Positions 1 to 9,470 of a stretch of DNA of 46,481 nucleotides are shown piece after piece. The notes below the pieces were generated by a model. That model saw nothing but the letters and a program-made list of their open reading frames with translations. It did not search any database and had not been told where the DNA came from. How positions within the stretch are numbered: the first letter of the stretch is position 1; the number at the start of each line of letters is the position of its first letter. Location: NCBI GenBank assembly GCA_964474765.1, contig CAYYTW010000001.1, positions 1-46,481 on the forward strand, given 5' to 3'. The translations under genes and the position numbers were made by a program. The DNA comes from an uncultured Candidatus Saccharibacteria bacterium (GTDB lineage: Bacteria > Patescibacteriota > Minisyncoccia > Portnoybacterales > GCA-002795985).

Positions 1-119
1 GCATGCCAAATTTTAAAATACCTCAAGAGTCCAGAATAGGGTGGCATTATACAATCTCTTGTATATGCAAGCAAATATTGCTATACTATAAATAAGTAAA
101 AACAAGGGGGGACGGGTCT

Positions 120-341
120 TTGAAAAAAAAGATTCTTGCGGCGGTTATTTTTTTTGTTAGCAGTGTTTTGTTTGTGGCCGGCCTTGCCGGTTTAGCGGCT
201 ATGGCTAGCGATTACGCGCTGGGACTGATTATCTCTTTAGTGCCGCAGTTTCAATACGCGATTGCCAGAGAGGCGGCAATTCTTTTGGCCGCGATTCTGA
301 CTATTGCCGGCGTCTGGCTTCATTGGAAGGGAAACAGATAA
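120..341 (+). CDS. hypothetical small membrane protein (73 aa)
   Basis: TTG-start ORF with purine-rich aagggggga about 8 nt upstream. Two hydrophobic helices in the translation. No family recognised. Confidence 0.45.
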   Translation: MKKKILAAVIFFVSSVLFVAGLAGLAAMASDYALGLIISLVPQFQYAIAREAAILLAAILTIAGVWLHWKGNR

Positions 342-450
342 AACCATGGGTTTGGTGAAAAATACGTAAATCGTTCTAACCATTTTGTTGGTCGGCCCTT
401 TAAGGGGGTAACTATCAGAACCTTCTAAGGGTTTTAAAAGAGGACGTTTA

Positions 451-481
451 GCCATCGGCCGAAGAGTCGGTGGCCTTTTTG
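451..481 (+). terminator. putative intrinsic terminator
   Basis: Stem 451-459 pairs with 666-674-style partner 466-474 (9 bp including 2 G-U pairs), loop cgaaga, followed by cttttt. Confidence 0.5.
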
Positions 482-497
482 TTATAACGCGTTGTTG

Positions 498-526
498 TTG
501 AAACACGGTAATGGATGTGATATTCT
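498..526 (+). promoter_or_regulatory. putative sigma70-type promoter TTGAAA-N17-TATTCT
   Basis: ttgaaa 498-503, 17-nt spacer, tattct 521-526. The same architecture, including gtgatattctaa, recurs upstream of leuS at 14756-14784. Confidence 0.45.
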
Positions 527-578
527 AAAAGAAATGAATTGTCGGCGGCGTTAATGAAAGAATAATCAAAGTTTTTTT

Positions 579-1847
579 ATGTTCAAAAAAGCAATCTTAG
601 ACAACGGTTTAAGAGTCGTTGCTATTCCGATGGCCGGCACCAAGACGGTTACGGTTTTGGTTTTGGTCGGCACCGGCTCTCGGTGCGAAACGAAGGACAT
701 CAACGGCATTTCGCATTTTCTTGAGCACATGTTTTTTAAGGGAACCAAAAAAAGGCCCACTCCCGCCGATATTGTGGAAGAACTGGATAGTGTTGGCGGG
801 GAATATAACGCATTTACTTCTAAGGAATACACGGGTTATTTCGCCAAGGTTAACTATAAGCAATTCGACTTGGCGCTTGATTGGATAGCGGATATTTTTC
901 TGAATTCCCAATTGGAAGAAAAAGAAATAGAGAAGGAAAAGGGAGTTATCTTAGAAGAAATAAATATGTATTTAGACACCCCGATTTATTATATCGGCCA
1001 TCTTTGGGAGAGTCTGCTTTACGGCGATCAGCCGGCCGGCTGGCACGTCTTGGGCGGCAAGGAGAATATTTTAAATATCGGGCGTGAGCAAATAGCGAAT
1101 TATTTAAAATCCCAGTATGCCGGAAGCAATACCCTTGTTTGCGTCGCGGGCAATTTCAACGAAAACGAGACGATGGAAAAAATAAAAAAATATTTCGGAA
1201 AATTGAAGAGCGGAAGTCCTCGACCGAGCGCGCGGGTGTTAGAAAATCAGGGTCAGCCGGAAATTTTGACGCATTTTAAAAAAACAGACCAGACGCATTT
1301 TTGTCTTGGCGCCAGGGGCTATGGCGTTTTTCACGCCGATCGTTATGTTTTTAGCGTTTTGGGTATAATTTTGGGCGGATTTATGAGCTCGCGGTTGTTT
1401 CAAGAAGTGAGAGAAAAGAGGGGTTTGGCTTATTATATTAAAACCTCGACCGAAATCAGCACTGATGTCGGTTATCTGGTAACCCAAGCTGGGGTGGCTA
1501 ACTCTAAAATTGAAGAGGCAGTCGAAACAATCTTGGCTGAATATCGTTTTATCAGAGAGAAGGGAGTCAGCGAGAAAGAACTGTTGAGGGCTAAGGAGCA
1601 TGTTAAGGGGAGTTTGCTTTTGAATTTGGAAACATCCGACGAACAAGCCTCTTTTTTCGCTATCCAAGAAATTTTGAAAAAAGAAATTTTGACACCGGAG
1701 CAAGTTTTTGCGAAAATAGATATGGTAAGCGTTGATGATGTTCGGAGGGTAGCCGATGACATCTTCAAGCCGGAAAAACTTAATCTGGCTCTGATAGGAC
1801 CGTTCAAGAATAGGGGGAGGTTTGAGAAATTGTTGCGGATATTGTGA
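579..1847 (+). CDS. M16 (pitrilysin/insulinase) family zinc peptidase
   Basis: Inverted zinc motif HxxEH (HFLEHMFFKGT) near the N-terminus. The 422-aa two-domain length is typical of M16B peptidases. Confidence 0.9.
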   Translation: MFKKAILDNGLRVVAIPMAGTKTVTVLVLVGTGSRCETKDINGISHFLEHMFFKGTKKRPTPADIVEELDSVGGEYNAFTSKEYTGYFAKVNYKQFDLALDWIADIFLNSQLEEKEIEKEKGVILEEINMYLDTPIYYIGHLWESLLYGDQPAGWHVLGGKENILNIGREQIANYLKSQYAGSNTLVCVAGNFNENETMEKIKKYFGKLKSGSPRPSARVLENQGQPEILTHFKKTDQTHFCLGARGYGVFHADRYVFSVLGIILGGFMSSRLFQEVREKRGLAYYIKTSTEISTDVGYLVTQAGVANSKIEEAVETILAEYRFIREKGVSEKELLRAKEHVKGSLLLNLETSDEQASFFAIQEILKKEILTPEQVFAKIDMVSVDDVRRVADDIFKPEKLNLALIGPFKNRGRFEKLLRIL

Positions 1848-1960
1848 GCAGAATGCTCACGCAAGCTACGCTTAGTAAGATAGAAGCTAAACGGACGTCA
1901 ATAATGCCGCCAAACAAAACGCCAATAGCGTAAATTGGCGTAAAATGGCTTCTACTAATT

Positions 1961-2986
1961 ATGGAGCCGCGAACAACTTTCGATATTTCAATAAATACTG
2001 TCGTCAAATTGATTCTTGCTGTTTTGTCTTTGGTTGTGTTGTATCTTCTTCGGGACATAATCCTGATGGTTTTGGTGGCGCTAATTTTGGCTATTGCCTT
2101 TGACCGGCCGATTGACGCTCTTTGCGGGCGCGGGGTGCCGCGTTTTCTGGCGACAACATTAATCTACCTTCTTTTATTTTCCGTCATAGGGATATTATTT
2201 TATTTGGTTTTTCCTATTTTGGCCGAACAGATTAAAAACTTCGTGACCAATTATTCTTTTTATCTTGAAAGCATCGGCCGGCTGAAATTCGGCGCCAACC
2301 TGATAGACTTTAAGAGTATTTTTGATCAGCTGTCGAATAGTCTAACCGAAAGCGCCGGCGCCGTCATGGGGACCCTTATTACTTTTTTTGGCGGTCTCAT
2401 ATCTTTTTTCACTATCATTGTCGCCGCCATTTTTTTCAATATTCAGGAAAACGGCGTGAAAAAATTCATTTTTTATCTGACGCCGATCGAGCATCAGCCC
2501 TACGTTTTAAACCTTTTTGATAAAATTCAGCGGAAAGTGGGCAACTGGCTTTGGGGGAAAGTGGGCGTGGCAATCGGCGTCGGTGTCCTGACTTCTCTGG
2601 GGCTTTATCTTTTGGGAATAAAATATGCCTTGCTTCTGGGCTCTTTAACCATGATTTTGAATTTCATTCCTTTTGTCGGAGCGATTATCGCCGCCGTCCC
2701 CGCCGTCTTACTGGCTTTGACCCAATCTTTGGCTCTGGCCCTCTTGGTTGTTTTTCTCTTTATGTTTATTAACGGTTTCTTGGAGCCTTTCATTTTAGTT
2801 CCTCTTTTTATGAAAAAGGCCGTGGATTTAAATCCGGCCCTCATTCTTTTAGTTGTTTTAGTCGGTGGAAAACTGGCTGGTATTTTGGGGGTCGTTTTTG
2901 CTATTCCGGTTGCTGCCATTGCGGCGGTTTTGATTGAGGATTATATTCAACGAAAGACGAAATTGAGCGGGGCTGAAATCGATTGA
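1961..2986 (+). CDS. AI-2E family transporter (PerM/UPF0118-like permease)
   Basis: 341-aa polytopic membrane protein. The layout, including the W-rich KVGNWLWGK segment and C-terminal helices, matches my recollection of AI-2E/PerM proteins. Confidence 0.75.
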   Translation: MEPRTTFDISINTVVKLILAVLSLVVLYLLRDIILMVLVALILAIAFDRPIDALCGRGVPRFLATTLIYLLLFSVIGILFYLVFPILAEQIKNFVTNYSFYLESIGRLKFGANLIDFKSIFDQLSNSLTESAGAVMGTLITFFGGLISFFTIIVAAIFFNIQENGVKKFIFYLTPIEHQPYVLNLFDKIQRKVGNWLWGKVGVAIGVGVLTSLGLYLLGIKYALLLGSLTMILNFIPFVGAIIAAVPAVLLALTQSLALALLVVFLFMFINGFLEPFILVPLFMKKAVDLNPALILLVVLVGGKLAGILGVVFAIPVAAIAAVLIEDYIQRKTKLSGAEID

Positions 2987-2992
2987 TACATT

Positions 2993-3080
2993 CGACGACG
3001 CCCAAACCTCGCCCCTGAAGGCGAGATTAAAGGCGTCGCTCAGTATCAATCCCGAGCATACTCTGGCCTGAAGGCCAGAG
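2993..3080. terminator. pair of GC-rich hairpins between convergent genes
   Basis: ctcgcc-cctgaa-ggcgag (3008-3025) nested in gacgcc/ggcgtc, and ctctggcc-tgaa-ggccagag (3061-3080). Both share a cctgaagg loop, so they may be one repeat family acting as convergent terminators. Confidence 0.4.
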
Positions 3081-3102
3081 AGTCGAAGGATTGATTTTCG
3101 GA

Positions 3103-3600
3103 TTAACGATAATAAATGATTAAAAAAATTGCGATCAGGCCGACGATAAGTTGAGTAGAAATACCCCAGAGAAGCGGGGTGTTTTTGTTATTTTTTGGGT
3201 GAACAAAGCGATGGAAACGCGCCAGCTTTTCTAAAAGCGGTGTTTTTGTCACCCAGTAAAGGGTTAATAAGCCGTCTGGCAAGGCGGCCGATAGGGCGCC
3301 GACTAAAGCGTATTGTTTGGCGGGCGAGAACCAAACTAATGAGATGACGATTAACATCCCGAGCAGAAAATCGGTGGCTATTTTGCCGAGGACAAGAAAC
3401 GCTTCTTTGCCTCCGAATATGTTTAAGACGCCTTTTCTTTCTTTCAAGCGATCTCTGATGAGTTGAATTGTGTATTCATAATGCGGAATGGCGTCCAGCA
3501 GAAAATGCGAGGCGAAGGCGATAATGAAAACCAGCCAGTATTGGCGGGGAATGATTAGCCCGATTAAGGCGCCGAGTAAAATATGGGGGATGAGAATCAT
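3103..3600 (-). CDS. membrane protein, possibly membrane-bound metal-dependent hydrolase-like (DUF457/YdjM-like)
   Basis: Hydrophobic protein with His-rich segments (IPHILLG, ASHFLLDAIPHYEY). I prefer the ATG at 3600 (MILIPHIL) because the 3651 ORF-track start overlaps the rsmI start. Confidence 0.55.
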   Translation of the reverse strand: MILIPHILLGALIGLIIPRQYWLVFIIAFASHFLLDAIPHYEYTIQLIRDRLKERKGVLNIFGGKEAFLVLGKIATDFLLGMLIVISLVWFSPAKQYALVGALSAALPDGLLTLYWVTKTPLLEKLARFHRFVHPKNNKNTPLLWGISTQLIVGLIAIFLIIYYR

Positions 3601-3641
3601 AAATGCTTTATACTTTATCGTAAATATTTTATACTGAATAT

Positions 3642-4316
3642 ATGAATACATTGTATATCGTCGCGACGCCGATTGGCAATCTTAAAGACATTACATTGCG
3701 GGCGCTCGAAGTTTTGCGAGAGGCCGATTTGATTGTTTGTGAAGACACGCGGGTAACCTCGAAATTATTGAATCACTACGGAATTTCTAAGCCGTTAACC
3801 AGCTATTTTCAGCACAGCAAATTTTCTAAACTCGAATATATTATTGAGCAGTTGCGGCAGGGCAAAAAAATCGCTTTGGTCACCGACGCGGGAACCCCGG
3901 GGATTTCCGATCCGGGAAATCTGCTCATAAAACATATAACATGTAACACAAAACAAGACGAGGTCGCGATAATTCCGATACCTGGCCCATCAGCCGTGAT
4001 CGCCGCCCTAAGCATCTCTGGCTTCCCGACCGACAAATTTGTCTTCATGGGTTTCTCGCCGCAGAAAAAGGGCCGAGAGAAATTTTTTAAAGAAATTGTG
4101 GAGGCAAAATATACAACGGTTTTTTATGAGTCGGTGCACCGGATTATCAAAACATTAGAACGACTGAAAGAATTTTTGCCAGCTGATAGAAAAATTGTTG
4201 TTTGCCGCGAATTGACTAAGCAGTTTGAAACAATTTATCGGGGCACGGCCAGCGAAGTGCTGGAAGCGGTTAAAAATGATAAAATTAAAGGAGAATTCGT
4301 TATTGTTATACGCTAA
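3642..4316 (+). CDS. rsmI: 16S rRNA (cytidine1402-2'-O)-methyltransferase
   Basis: N-terminal LYIVATPIGNLKDITLRALEVL...CEDTR and the tetrapyrrole-methylase-like fold length (224 aa) are typical of RsmI. Confidence 0.88.
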   Translation: MNTLYIVATPIGNLKDITLRALEVLREADLIVCEDTRVTSKLLNHYGISKPLTSYFQHSKFSKLEYIIEQLRQGKKIALVTDAGTPGISDPGNLLIKHITCNTKQDEVAIIPIPGPSAVIAALSISGFPTDKFVFMGFSPQKKGREKFFKEIVEAKYTTVFYESVHRIIKTLERLKEFLPADRKIVVCRELTKQFETIYRGTASEVLEAVKNDKIKGEFVIVIR

Positions 4317-4344
4317 AACAACGAATACTTACTAAATCAACTAA

Positions 4345-5853
4345 ATGAATAACGTGTTTATGAAGAATAAATTCTATATCACTACTCCCATCTATTACGT
4401 CAACGATAAGCCGCACATCGGCCATGCCTATACGACCGTTTTGGCCGATGTTCTGGCGCGTTATCATCGCTTAATGGGCGAAGAGGTTTTTTTCTCGGTT
4501 GGGACCGATGAGCATGGAGCGAAGATTGAGGCGGCGGCGGAGCAAGCCAATAAAAGTCCGCGGGAGTTTTGCGATGAAAACGCCGAGGCGTTTAAAGAAG
4601 CGTGGCGAAGTCTGAACATTTCGTATGACAATTTTATCAGAACCACCAACCCGAAACACGAGAAAGCCGTCTCAAATGTCCTGGATTATTTATACAAGAA
4701 GGATTTCATCTACGAAGGAGTTTATAAGGGACTTTATTGCCGGGGATGCGAGCAGTATAAGACGGACGACGATTTGGTTGGCGGTCGGTGTCCGGACCAT
4801 CAGATTGAGCCGGAAGTTATGGAAGAGGACAGCTATTTTTTCCGGTTGTCTAAGTTCGGGGCGGAGTTGGGGCGAAGCATCGCGGACGATAAGTTTAAAG
4901 TCGAGCCAGCGGAAAGAAAAAACGAAGTTTTGAATTTCATCAGAAATGGACTACAGGATATTTCCATCTCGCGCAAAAAAGTTAAATGGGGGGTGCCCCT
5001 GCCTTTTTCCGCCGAAGGCGGATCCGCCTCTGGCGGAGACAAAAAATTCACGACCTATGTATGGATAGATGCCTTTTTGAACTATCTGACTGGTCTAGGA
5101 TGGGATGGGAAAAAAAATTCAAAATGGAACAAGTTCGGCGCAAACGCCAGCAAAATTCAAAATTCGAAATTAAGCTTTTGGCCCCCCGATGTTCAACTAA
5201 TGAGCAAGGATATTTTGCGGGTTCACGCGACAATCTGGCCGGCTTTGCTGTTGGCTCTCAAGATTCCTTTGCCAAAAAAATTATATATTCATGGATTTTT
5301 TACTATTGATAGTCAGAAGATGAGCAAGTCGGTGGGTAATGTCATCTGGCCAGAACAGTTGGTTGAAAAGTTCGGCGTTGATGGCGCGAGGTATCTTTTA
5401 ATGTCTTCGCTGGCGCATGGTCACGATGGCGATGTTTCGTGGGAAAAAATGGCGGAGAAATATAATACAAATTTAGCCAACGGCTTGGGTAATTTAGTCA
5501 GCCGGGTAATGAATTTAGCCAAGGGTTTTAACATCGCGGTTCGAGACGGGAGCCTGAAAATAAAAAGCGAGAAAGCAAGGAAGCTTCTCGATGAAATTAA
5601 ACTGAAAGAAGCGCTGGACGAAATCTGGAAAGAGGTTGATTGGGCCAATAAATATGTGGAGGAAACAAGGTTGTGGGAGTTGGTTAAGGCGAATAAAAAA
5701 GAGGCGAGAAAAGTTCTGGAAGAATTGCTGGCGGCAATCATCAGCGTGGCGGAGAGCCTGAAGCCGTTTATGCCGGCAACCGCGGAAAAGATTATTAAAA
5801 TTTTAGAGTCGGGCGAGATGAAAAAGGGAGAGATTTTGTTTCCGAGAATCTAA
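4345..5853 (+). CDS. metG: methionine--tRNA ligase (short form, no C-terminal tRNA-binding domain)
   Basis: Class I motifs HIGH (KPHIGHAYT) and KMSKS (QKMSKSVGN), plus a CxxC...CP knuckle. An alternative start at 4360 (MKNKFYITTPIYY) is plausible. Confidence 0.92.
   Translation: MNNVFMKNKFYITTPIYYVNDKPHIGHAYTTVLADVLARYHRLMGEEVFFSVGTDEHGAKIEAAAEQANKSPREFCDENAEAFKEAWRSLNISYDNFIRTTNPKHEKAVSNVLDYLYKKDFIYEGVYKGLYCRGCEQYKTDDDLVGGRCPDHQIEPEVMEEDSYFFRLSKFGAELGRSIADDKFKVEPAERKNEVLNFIRNGLQDISISRKKVKWGVPLPFSAEGGSASGGDKKFTTYVWIDAFLNYLTGLGWDGKKNSKWNKFGANASKIQNSKLSFWPPDVQLMSKDILRVHATIWPALLLALKIPLPKKLYIHGFFTIDSQKMSKSVGNVIWPEQLVEKFGVDGARYLLMSSLAHGHDGDVSWEKMAEKYNTNLANGLGNLVSRVMNLAKGFNIAVRDGSLKIKSEKARKLLDEIKLKEALDEIWKEVDWANKYVEETRLWELVKANKKEARKVLEELLAAIISVAESLKPFMPATAEKIIKILESGEMKKGEILFPRI
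5007..5038. repeat. GGATCC-centred double-hairpin repeat, in-frame in metG
   Basis: ttccgccgaaggcggatccgcctctggcggag encodes SAEGGSASGG. Near-identical copies lie at 30674-30705 (topA) and 33842-33874 (pth). Confidence 0.85.
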
Positions 5854-5863
5854 AAAATCTATT

Positions 5864-5960
5864 TGTTCCGCGTGGTTCAGCGTGCTGTTCCGCGTAGTTC
5901 TGCGATAAAAACGTCTTAATCGCGGAATCACGCAGAACTTTACGCGGAACTACGCAGAAA
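5864..5960. repeat. CCGCG-rich imperfect palindrome upstream of tatD
   Basis: gttccgcgtagttctgcg (5887-5904) is inverted at cgcagaactttacgcggaac (5931-5950). Related gcggaaccacgcggaac units recur inside tatD at 6329-6392. Confidence 0.7.
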
Positions 5961-5968
5961 ATAAGGAC

Positions 5969-6895
5969 GTGTTATTGATTGATACCCATGCGCATGTAAA
6001 TTTTAACGCTTATCGCGATGATAGCGACGACGTTATTAAGAGGGCGTTGAAAAATGGCATTTGGATGATTAATGTCGGATCGCAATATTCTACCAGCCGT
6101 CGGGCAGTGGAATTCGCGAAGCGATATCCCGAAGGTGTTTACGCGGCTGTCGGCGTCCACCCGGTTCATCTGAAAGAACAAGTGGTCAGCGAAGAGTTTG
6201 ACCCTCTGGAGGAGTTTGAATTTAAGACTAAGCCGGAAGTTTTTGATTATGGAAAGTATAAAGAATTAGCCAGTCAGCCAAAGGTGGTTGCTATCGGCGA
6301 GGTTGGTTTGGATTATTTTCATTTGCAAACCGCGGAACCACGCGGAACCGACCCTTCGACAAGCTCAGGGCAAGCGCGGAACCACGCGGAAACGATTGAG
6401 GAGCAGAAAAAGAAACAGCGGGATAATTTTATTAAGCATTTGAAGTTAGCCAAAGAATTAGACAAGCCAGTGATAATCCATTGCCGCGAGGCGCATAACG
6501 ATGTTTTGGAGATATTGAATGATTTTTATAATAACGCCCCCCACCCCCCTCTTAATTTAAGAGGGGGCGAGGAGGAGTTACGCGGAGTGGTCCATTCGTT
6601 TTCTGGCAGGTGGAGTCAGGCAGAAGAATATTTCAAATTAGGTTTTCATATCAGTTTTAATGGATTGATAACTTTTGCTCGGGATTATGATAAAGTGATA
6701 AAAAACGCGCCTCTAGGCCGTTTGATGCTTGAAACTGATTGTCCATATTTAACGCCGGTTCCACATCGCGGCAAAAGAAACGAGCCGAGTTATGTTAAGT
6801 ATGTGGCGGAGAAGATTGCGGAAATAAAAGGAGTGAGTTTTGAAGAGGTAGCGGAGGCGACGACCAAGAACGCCTATGAGTTGTTCGGGATTTAA
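5969..6895 (+). CDS. tatD: TatD family metal-dependent hydrolase/DNase
   Basis: N-terminal IDTHAH, plus GEVGLDY, IIHCREA, VHSFSG and LETDCPYL, the conserved TatD metal-binding blocks. GTG start. Confidence 0.88.
   Translation: MLLIDTHAHVNFNAYRDDSDDVIKRALKNGIWMINVGSQYSTSRRAVEFAKRYPEGVYAAVGVHPVHLKEQVVSEEFDPLEEFEFKTKPEVFDYGKYKELASQPKVVAIGEVGLDYFHLQTAEPRGTDPSTSSGQARNHAETIEEQKKKQRDNFIKHLKLAKELDKPVIIHCREAHNDVLEILNDFYNNAPHPPLNLRGGEEELRGVVHSFSGRWSQAEEYFKLGFHISFNGLITFARDYDKVIKNAPLGRLMLETDCPYLTPVPHRGKRNEPSYVKYVAEKIAEIKGVSFEEVAEATTKNAYELFGI
6329..6392. repeat. in-frame repeat insertion in tatD (encodes AEPRGTDPSTSSGQARNHAE)
   Basis: Direct gcggaaccacgcggaa units flank ccttcgacaagctcagggcaag. The segment sits between TatD blocks GLDYFH and KKQRDNF. 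Confidence 0.7.
6546..6566. repeat. perfect 21-nt palindrome inside tatD coding sequence
   Basis: cccctcttaa-t-ttaagagggg encodes PPLNLRGG. Related cccc...gggg palindromes occur at 14826-14864 and 32340-32500. Confidence 0.75.
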
Positions 6896-6925
6896 AAAAC
6901 GATGATTATTTAATTGAAGCCCTAC

Positions 6926-6954
6926 TTGACGCCCAGCGTCATTTTTCGTATACA
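6926..6954 (+). promoter_or_regulatory. putative hutH promoter TTGACG-N17-TATACA with small palindrome over the -35
   Basis: ttgacg 6926-6931, 17-nt spacer, tataca 6949-6954. tgacgc-cca-gcgtca overlaps the -35. Confidence 0.4.
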
Positions 6955-7017
6955 GAGAGTAAGATGAGATGAGACAATAGCGTTCCTTGAAAACTCTATT
7001 GGGCGGAGGAATAAAAG

Positions 7018-8559
7018 ATGGATCGATTAAGTCCTGTTGACTTCGTTGAACTTTGTCGCGACATCGGGAAAATCGAACTAAGACAGAGCGAGAAAGAAGC
7101 GGTTGAAAAAGGAAGGGCAATTCTTGAAAAAGCCATCAAATCCGGCGAAGAATATTACGCGGTTAATACCGGCGTCGGCGCTTTATTAGATCGTCGGATT
7201 CCTCCAACTAAGATGTTGGAATTTCAGGAAAATCTGATCTTGAGCCATGCCTGTGGAGTCGGTAAGCCGCTTGAAGAATGCATTGTCAGGGGAATGATAT
7301 TGCATATGATTTTGAATTTGAAAAGCGGTTATTCCGGTATTAGGCTAGAAACCTTAGAACTTTTAATTGGAATGTTTAATAGAAATATCATTCCCGTTGT
7401 TCCGGAGAAGGGGTCTCTCGGCGCCAGCGGCGATCTAATCCCGCAGGCCCATATCGCTTTAACGCTGATTGGGCGCGGACGCGTCTTCAGGATGCCCGGC
7501 GCGATTTGCGCGACGACTGAAGAATTCGATAGGCATAATTTGCGGCCGATTAAACTTCAGGCGGGTGAGGCAATTACCCTGCTCAATGGGACGAGTCTTA
7601 TGACGAGCCTAATGGCTTTTACCGCCGTTTATGCCAAAAATTTAATCACGACAGCTCATATTGCCGCCGCCATGTCTATTGCCGCTTTGGGCGGTACTCA
7701 TGACACCTTTGATTTTAAGGCGCAGAATTGGAATCGTCGCGCCTACCGAGATGCCTCGACTGATTTTATTCGTTTTCTGCTTTCTTCAAAAAAACAACAT
7801 TTCAGCGATCAGTCGGGAATGAAAAACAAAAGGCAGAAACCTTATTCGTTGAGATGCAGCCCCCGGGTTTTAGGCAGTTTTCTTGAAACATTGTCTCGTT
7901 ATGTTTGGCCGCTTGTTGCCGGCGAAATAAATAATTTTAGCGGCAACCCAGAGATTTTTTTGGAATCGGAAAAAGTGGCGCAGGGACGCGACAATTTTCA
8001 TGGCCAATCTCTTGCTCAAGCAGCCGATGCCTTAGCAATCGTTTTGGCTAACTTGTCCGGTATTTCCGAGAGAAGGATTGATAAACTTTTGAATGGCAGT
8101 TCGAAAGATTTGCCAATGTTTTTAATGCGGGGCAGTGGATTGAATACCGGATTGATGATTGTTCAATATACCGCCGTTTCTCTGGTCGCGGAAAACAGGT
8201 TTCTGGCCAATCCGGCTTCGGTACATTCTATTCCGGTGGCGGCCGGACAAGAAGATTTTGTCAGTATGGGAGCGTTGGGCGCCAGAAGAGTTTGGGAGAT
8301 TTTGAAGAACGCGGAGATGGTTGTTGCCATTGAGCTTCTTTGCGCGGCTCAAGCCTTTGATTTTAAGCGATCTGTCCCTGGCGATTCTTGGATTAGAAAA
8401 GCCCATAAGATTATTCGGGAGATCGTACCTCATTTTGATAAAGACGAAGAATTTTGTCGGCAGATAGAAAATCTAGCCGGATTTATTCATGACCGCGATG
8501 GTTTTTTGAAAAAAATCGGTCTGACGCATTGGTTCGACCGTTACTCTATCCAGCAGTAA
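7018..8559 (+). CDS. hutH: histidine ammonia-lyase
   Basis: GSLGASGDL (the Ala-Ser-Gly MIO-forming triad), 513 aa, aromatic ammonia-lyase family blocks. Confidence 0.93.
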   Translation: MDRLSPVDFVELCRDIGKIELRQSEKEAVEKGRAILEKAIKSGEEYYAVNTGVGALLDRRIPPTKMLEFQENLILSHACGVGKPLEECIVRGMILHMILNLKSGYSGIRLETLELLIGMFNRNIIPVVPEKGSLGASGDLIPQAHIALTLIGRGRVFRMPGAICATTEEFDRHNLRPIKLQAGEAITLLNGTSLMTSLMAFTAVYAKNLITTAHIAAAMSIAALGGTHDTFDFKAQNWNRRAYRDASTDFIRFLLSSKKQHFSDQSGMKNKRQKPYSLRCSPRVLGSFLETLSRYVWPLVAGEINNFSGNPEIFLESEKVAQGRDNFHGQSLAQAADALAIVLANLSGISERRIDKLLNGSSKDLPMFLMRGSGLNTGLMIVQYTAVSLVAENRFLANPASVHSIPVAAGQEDFVSMGALGARRVWEILKNAEMVVAIELLCAAQAFDFKRSVPGDSWIRKAHKIIREIVPHFDKDEEFCRQIENLAGFIHDRDGFLKKIGLTHWFDRYSIQQ

Positions 8560-8570
8560 GAGGGGGAGAT

Positions 8571-9470
8571 ATGGAAAAAATCGCGCTTTGCGTGCCGAAT
8601 ATCAGCGAGGGGCGGGATCATGGAAAGATTAACCGAATCGCTTCTGTCGTTGAAATTCCTGGATGTAAATTGTTGGATGTCGCATCTGATGTTAATCATA
8701 ACCGGACAGTCATTACTTTTGGCGGCGAGCCGGAGGCAGTCAAAGAGGCGGCGTTTAACTTAATCAAAAAAGCCGCGGAACTGATTGATATGTCTCAACA
8801 TAAAGGTGGGCACCCGCGTATGGGCGCGGTTGATGTTTGTCCTTTTGTGCCGGTAGCTGAAATGACTATGCAAGAATGCGCAAAATTGGCATGGGAATTG
8901 GGTTGGGCCGTTGGTTGCGAATTGGGCCTGCCCGGTTATTTCTACGGCTACGCGGCGATGAAGCCAGAGCGGAAGGTATTATCTGATATCCGCGCTGGAG
9001 AATACGAAGCGTTAGCGGAAAAAATGGAAAAGCCGGAATGGCGTCCGGACTTCGGTCTGCCGGAATTTAATCCGCGTTTCGGAGCTACGGTCATCGGCGC
9101 CAGAGATTTTCTCGTTGCATTTAATATCAATCTGCAAAGCGACAATCTTGATCTGGCTCGTGCTATAGCTTGGGCCGTTCGCGGTTCCAACAACGGCGTT
9201 TTTCCAAACGTGCAAGCGCTGGGAATCGATACTCGGGAAAAGGGATATGTGCAGGTCTCGATGAATTTGTTGAATTACAAAATCGATTCAATAGCCGAAG
9301 TTTTCCAGGCAGTAAAAAATCTTGCAGCAGTATTTGAGACCGAGATCCATAGTAGTGAAATTATCGGCTTGGTGCCGCGCGATGCCCTAAAAGATGTGTC
9401 GCCTGAATATCTGCAGTTGAAAGATTTTGATCCCCAAAAACAAATCATCGAGGAGGCATTAGAATTATGA
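8571..9470 (+). CDS. ftcD: glutamate formimidoyltransferase (FtcD N-terminal-domain type)
   Basis: MEKIALCVPNISEGRD... and HPRMGAVDVCPFVP are typical of formiminotransferases. The ATG at 8571 has RBS agggggag. The 8529 ORF-track start overlaps hutH. Confidence 0.87.
   Translation: MEKIALCVPNISEGRDHGKINRIASVVEIPGCKLLDVASDVNHNRTVITFGGEPEAVKEAAFNLIKKAAELIDMSQHKGGHPRMGAVDVCPFVPVAEMTMQECAKLAWELGWAVGCELGLPGYFYGYAAMKPERKVLSDIRAGEYEALAEKMEKPEWRPDFGLPEFNPRFGATVIGARDFLVAFNINLQSDNLDLARAIAWAVRGSNNGVFPNVQALGIDTREKGYVQVSMNLLNYKIDSIAEVFQAVKNLAAVFETEIHSSEIIGLVPRDALKDVSPEYLQLKDFDPQKQIIEEALEL

Noticed and set aside
342-450. ~110-nt gap between the stop of the 73-aa ORF and the terminator at 451-481 as a small RNA.
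   Set aside because: There are only short palindromes (cccttta-aggg) and no promoter or recognisable RNA-family motif. It is more simply a 3-prime UTR.
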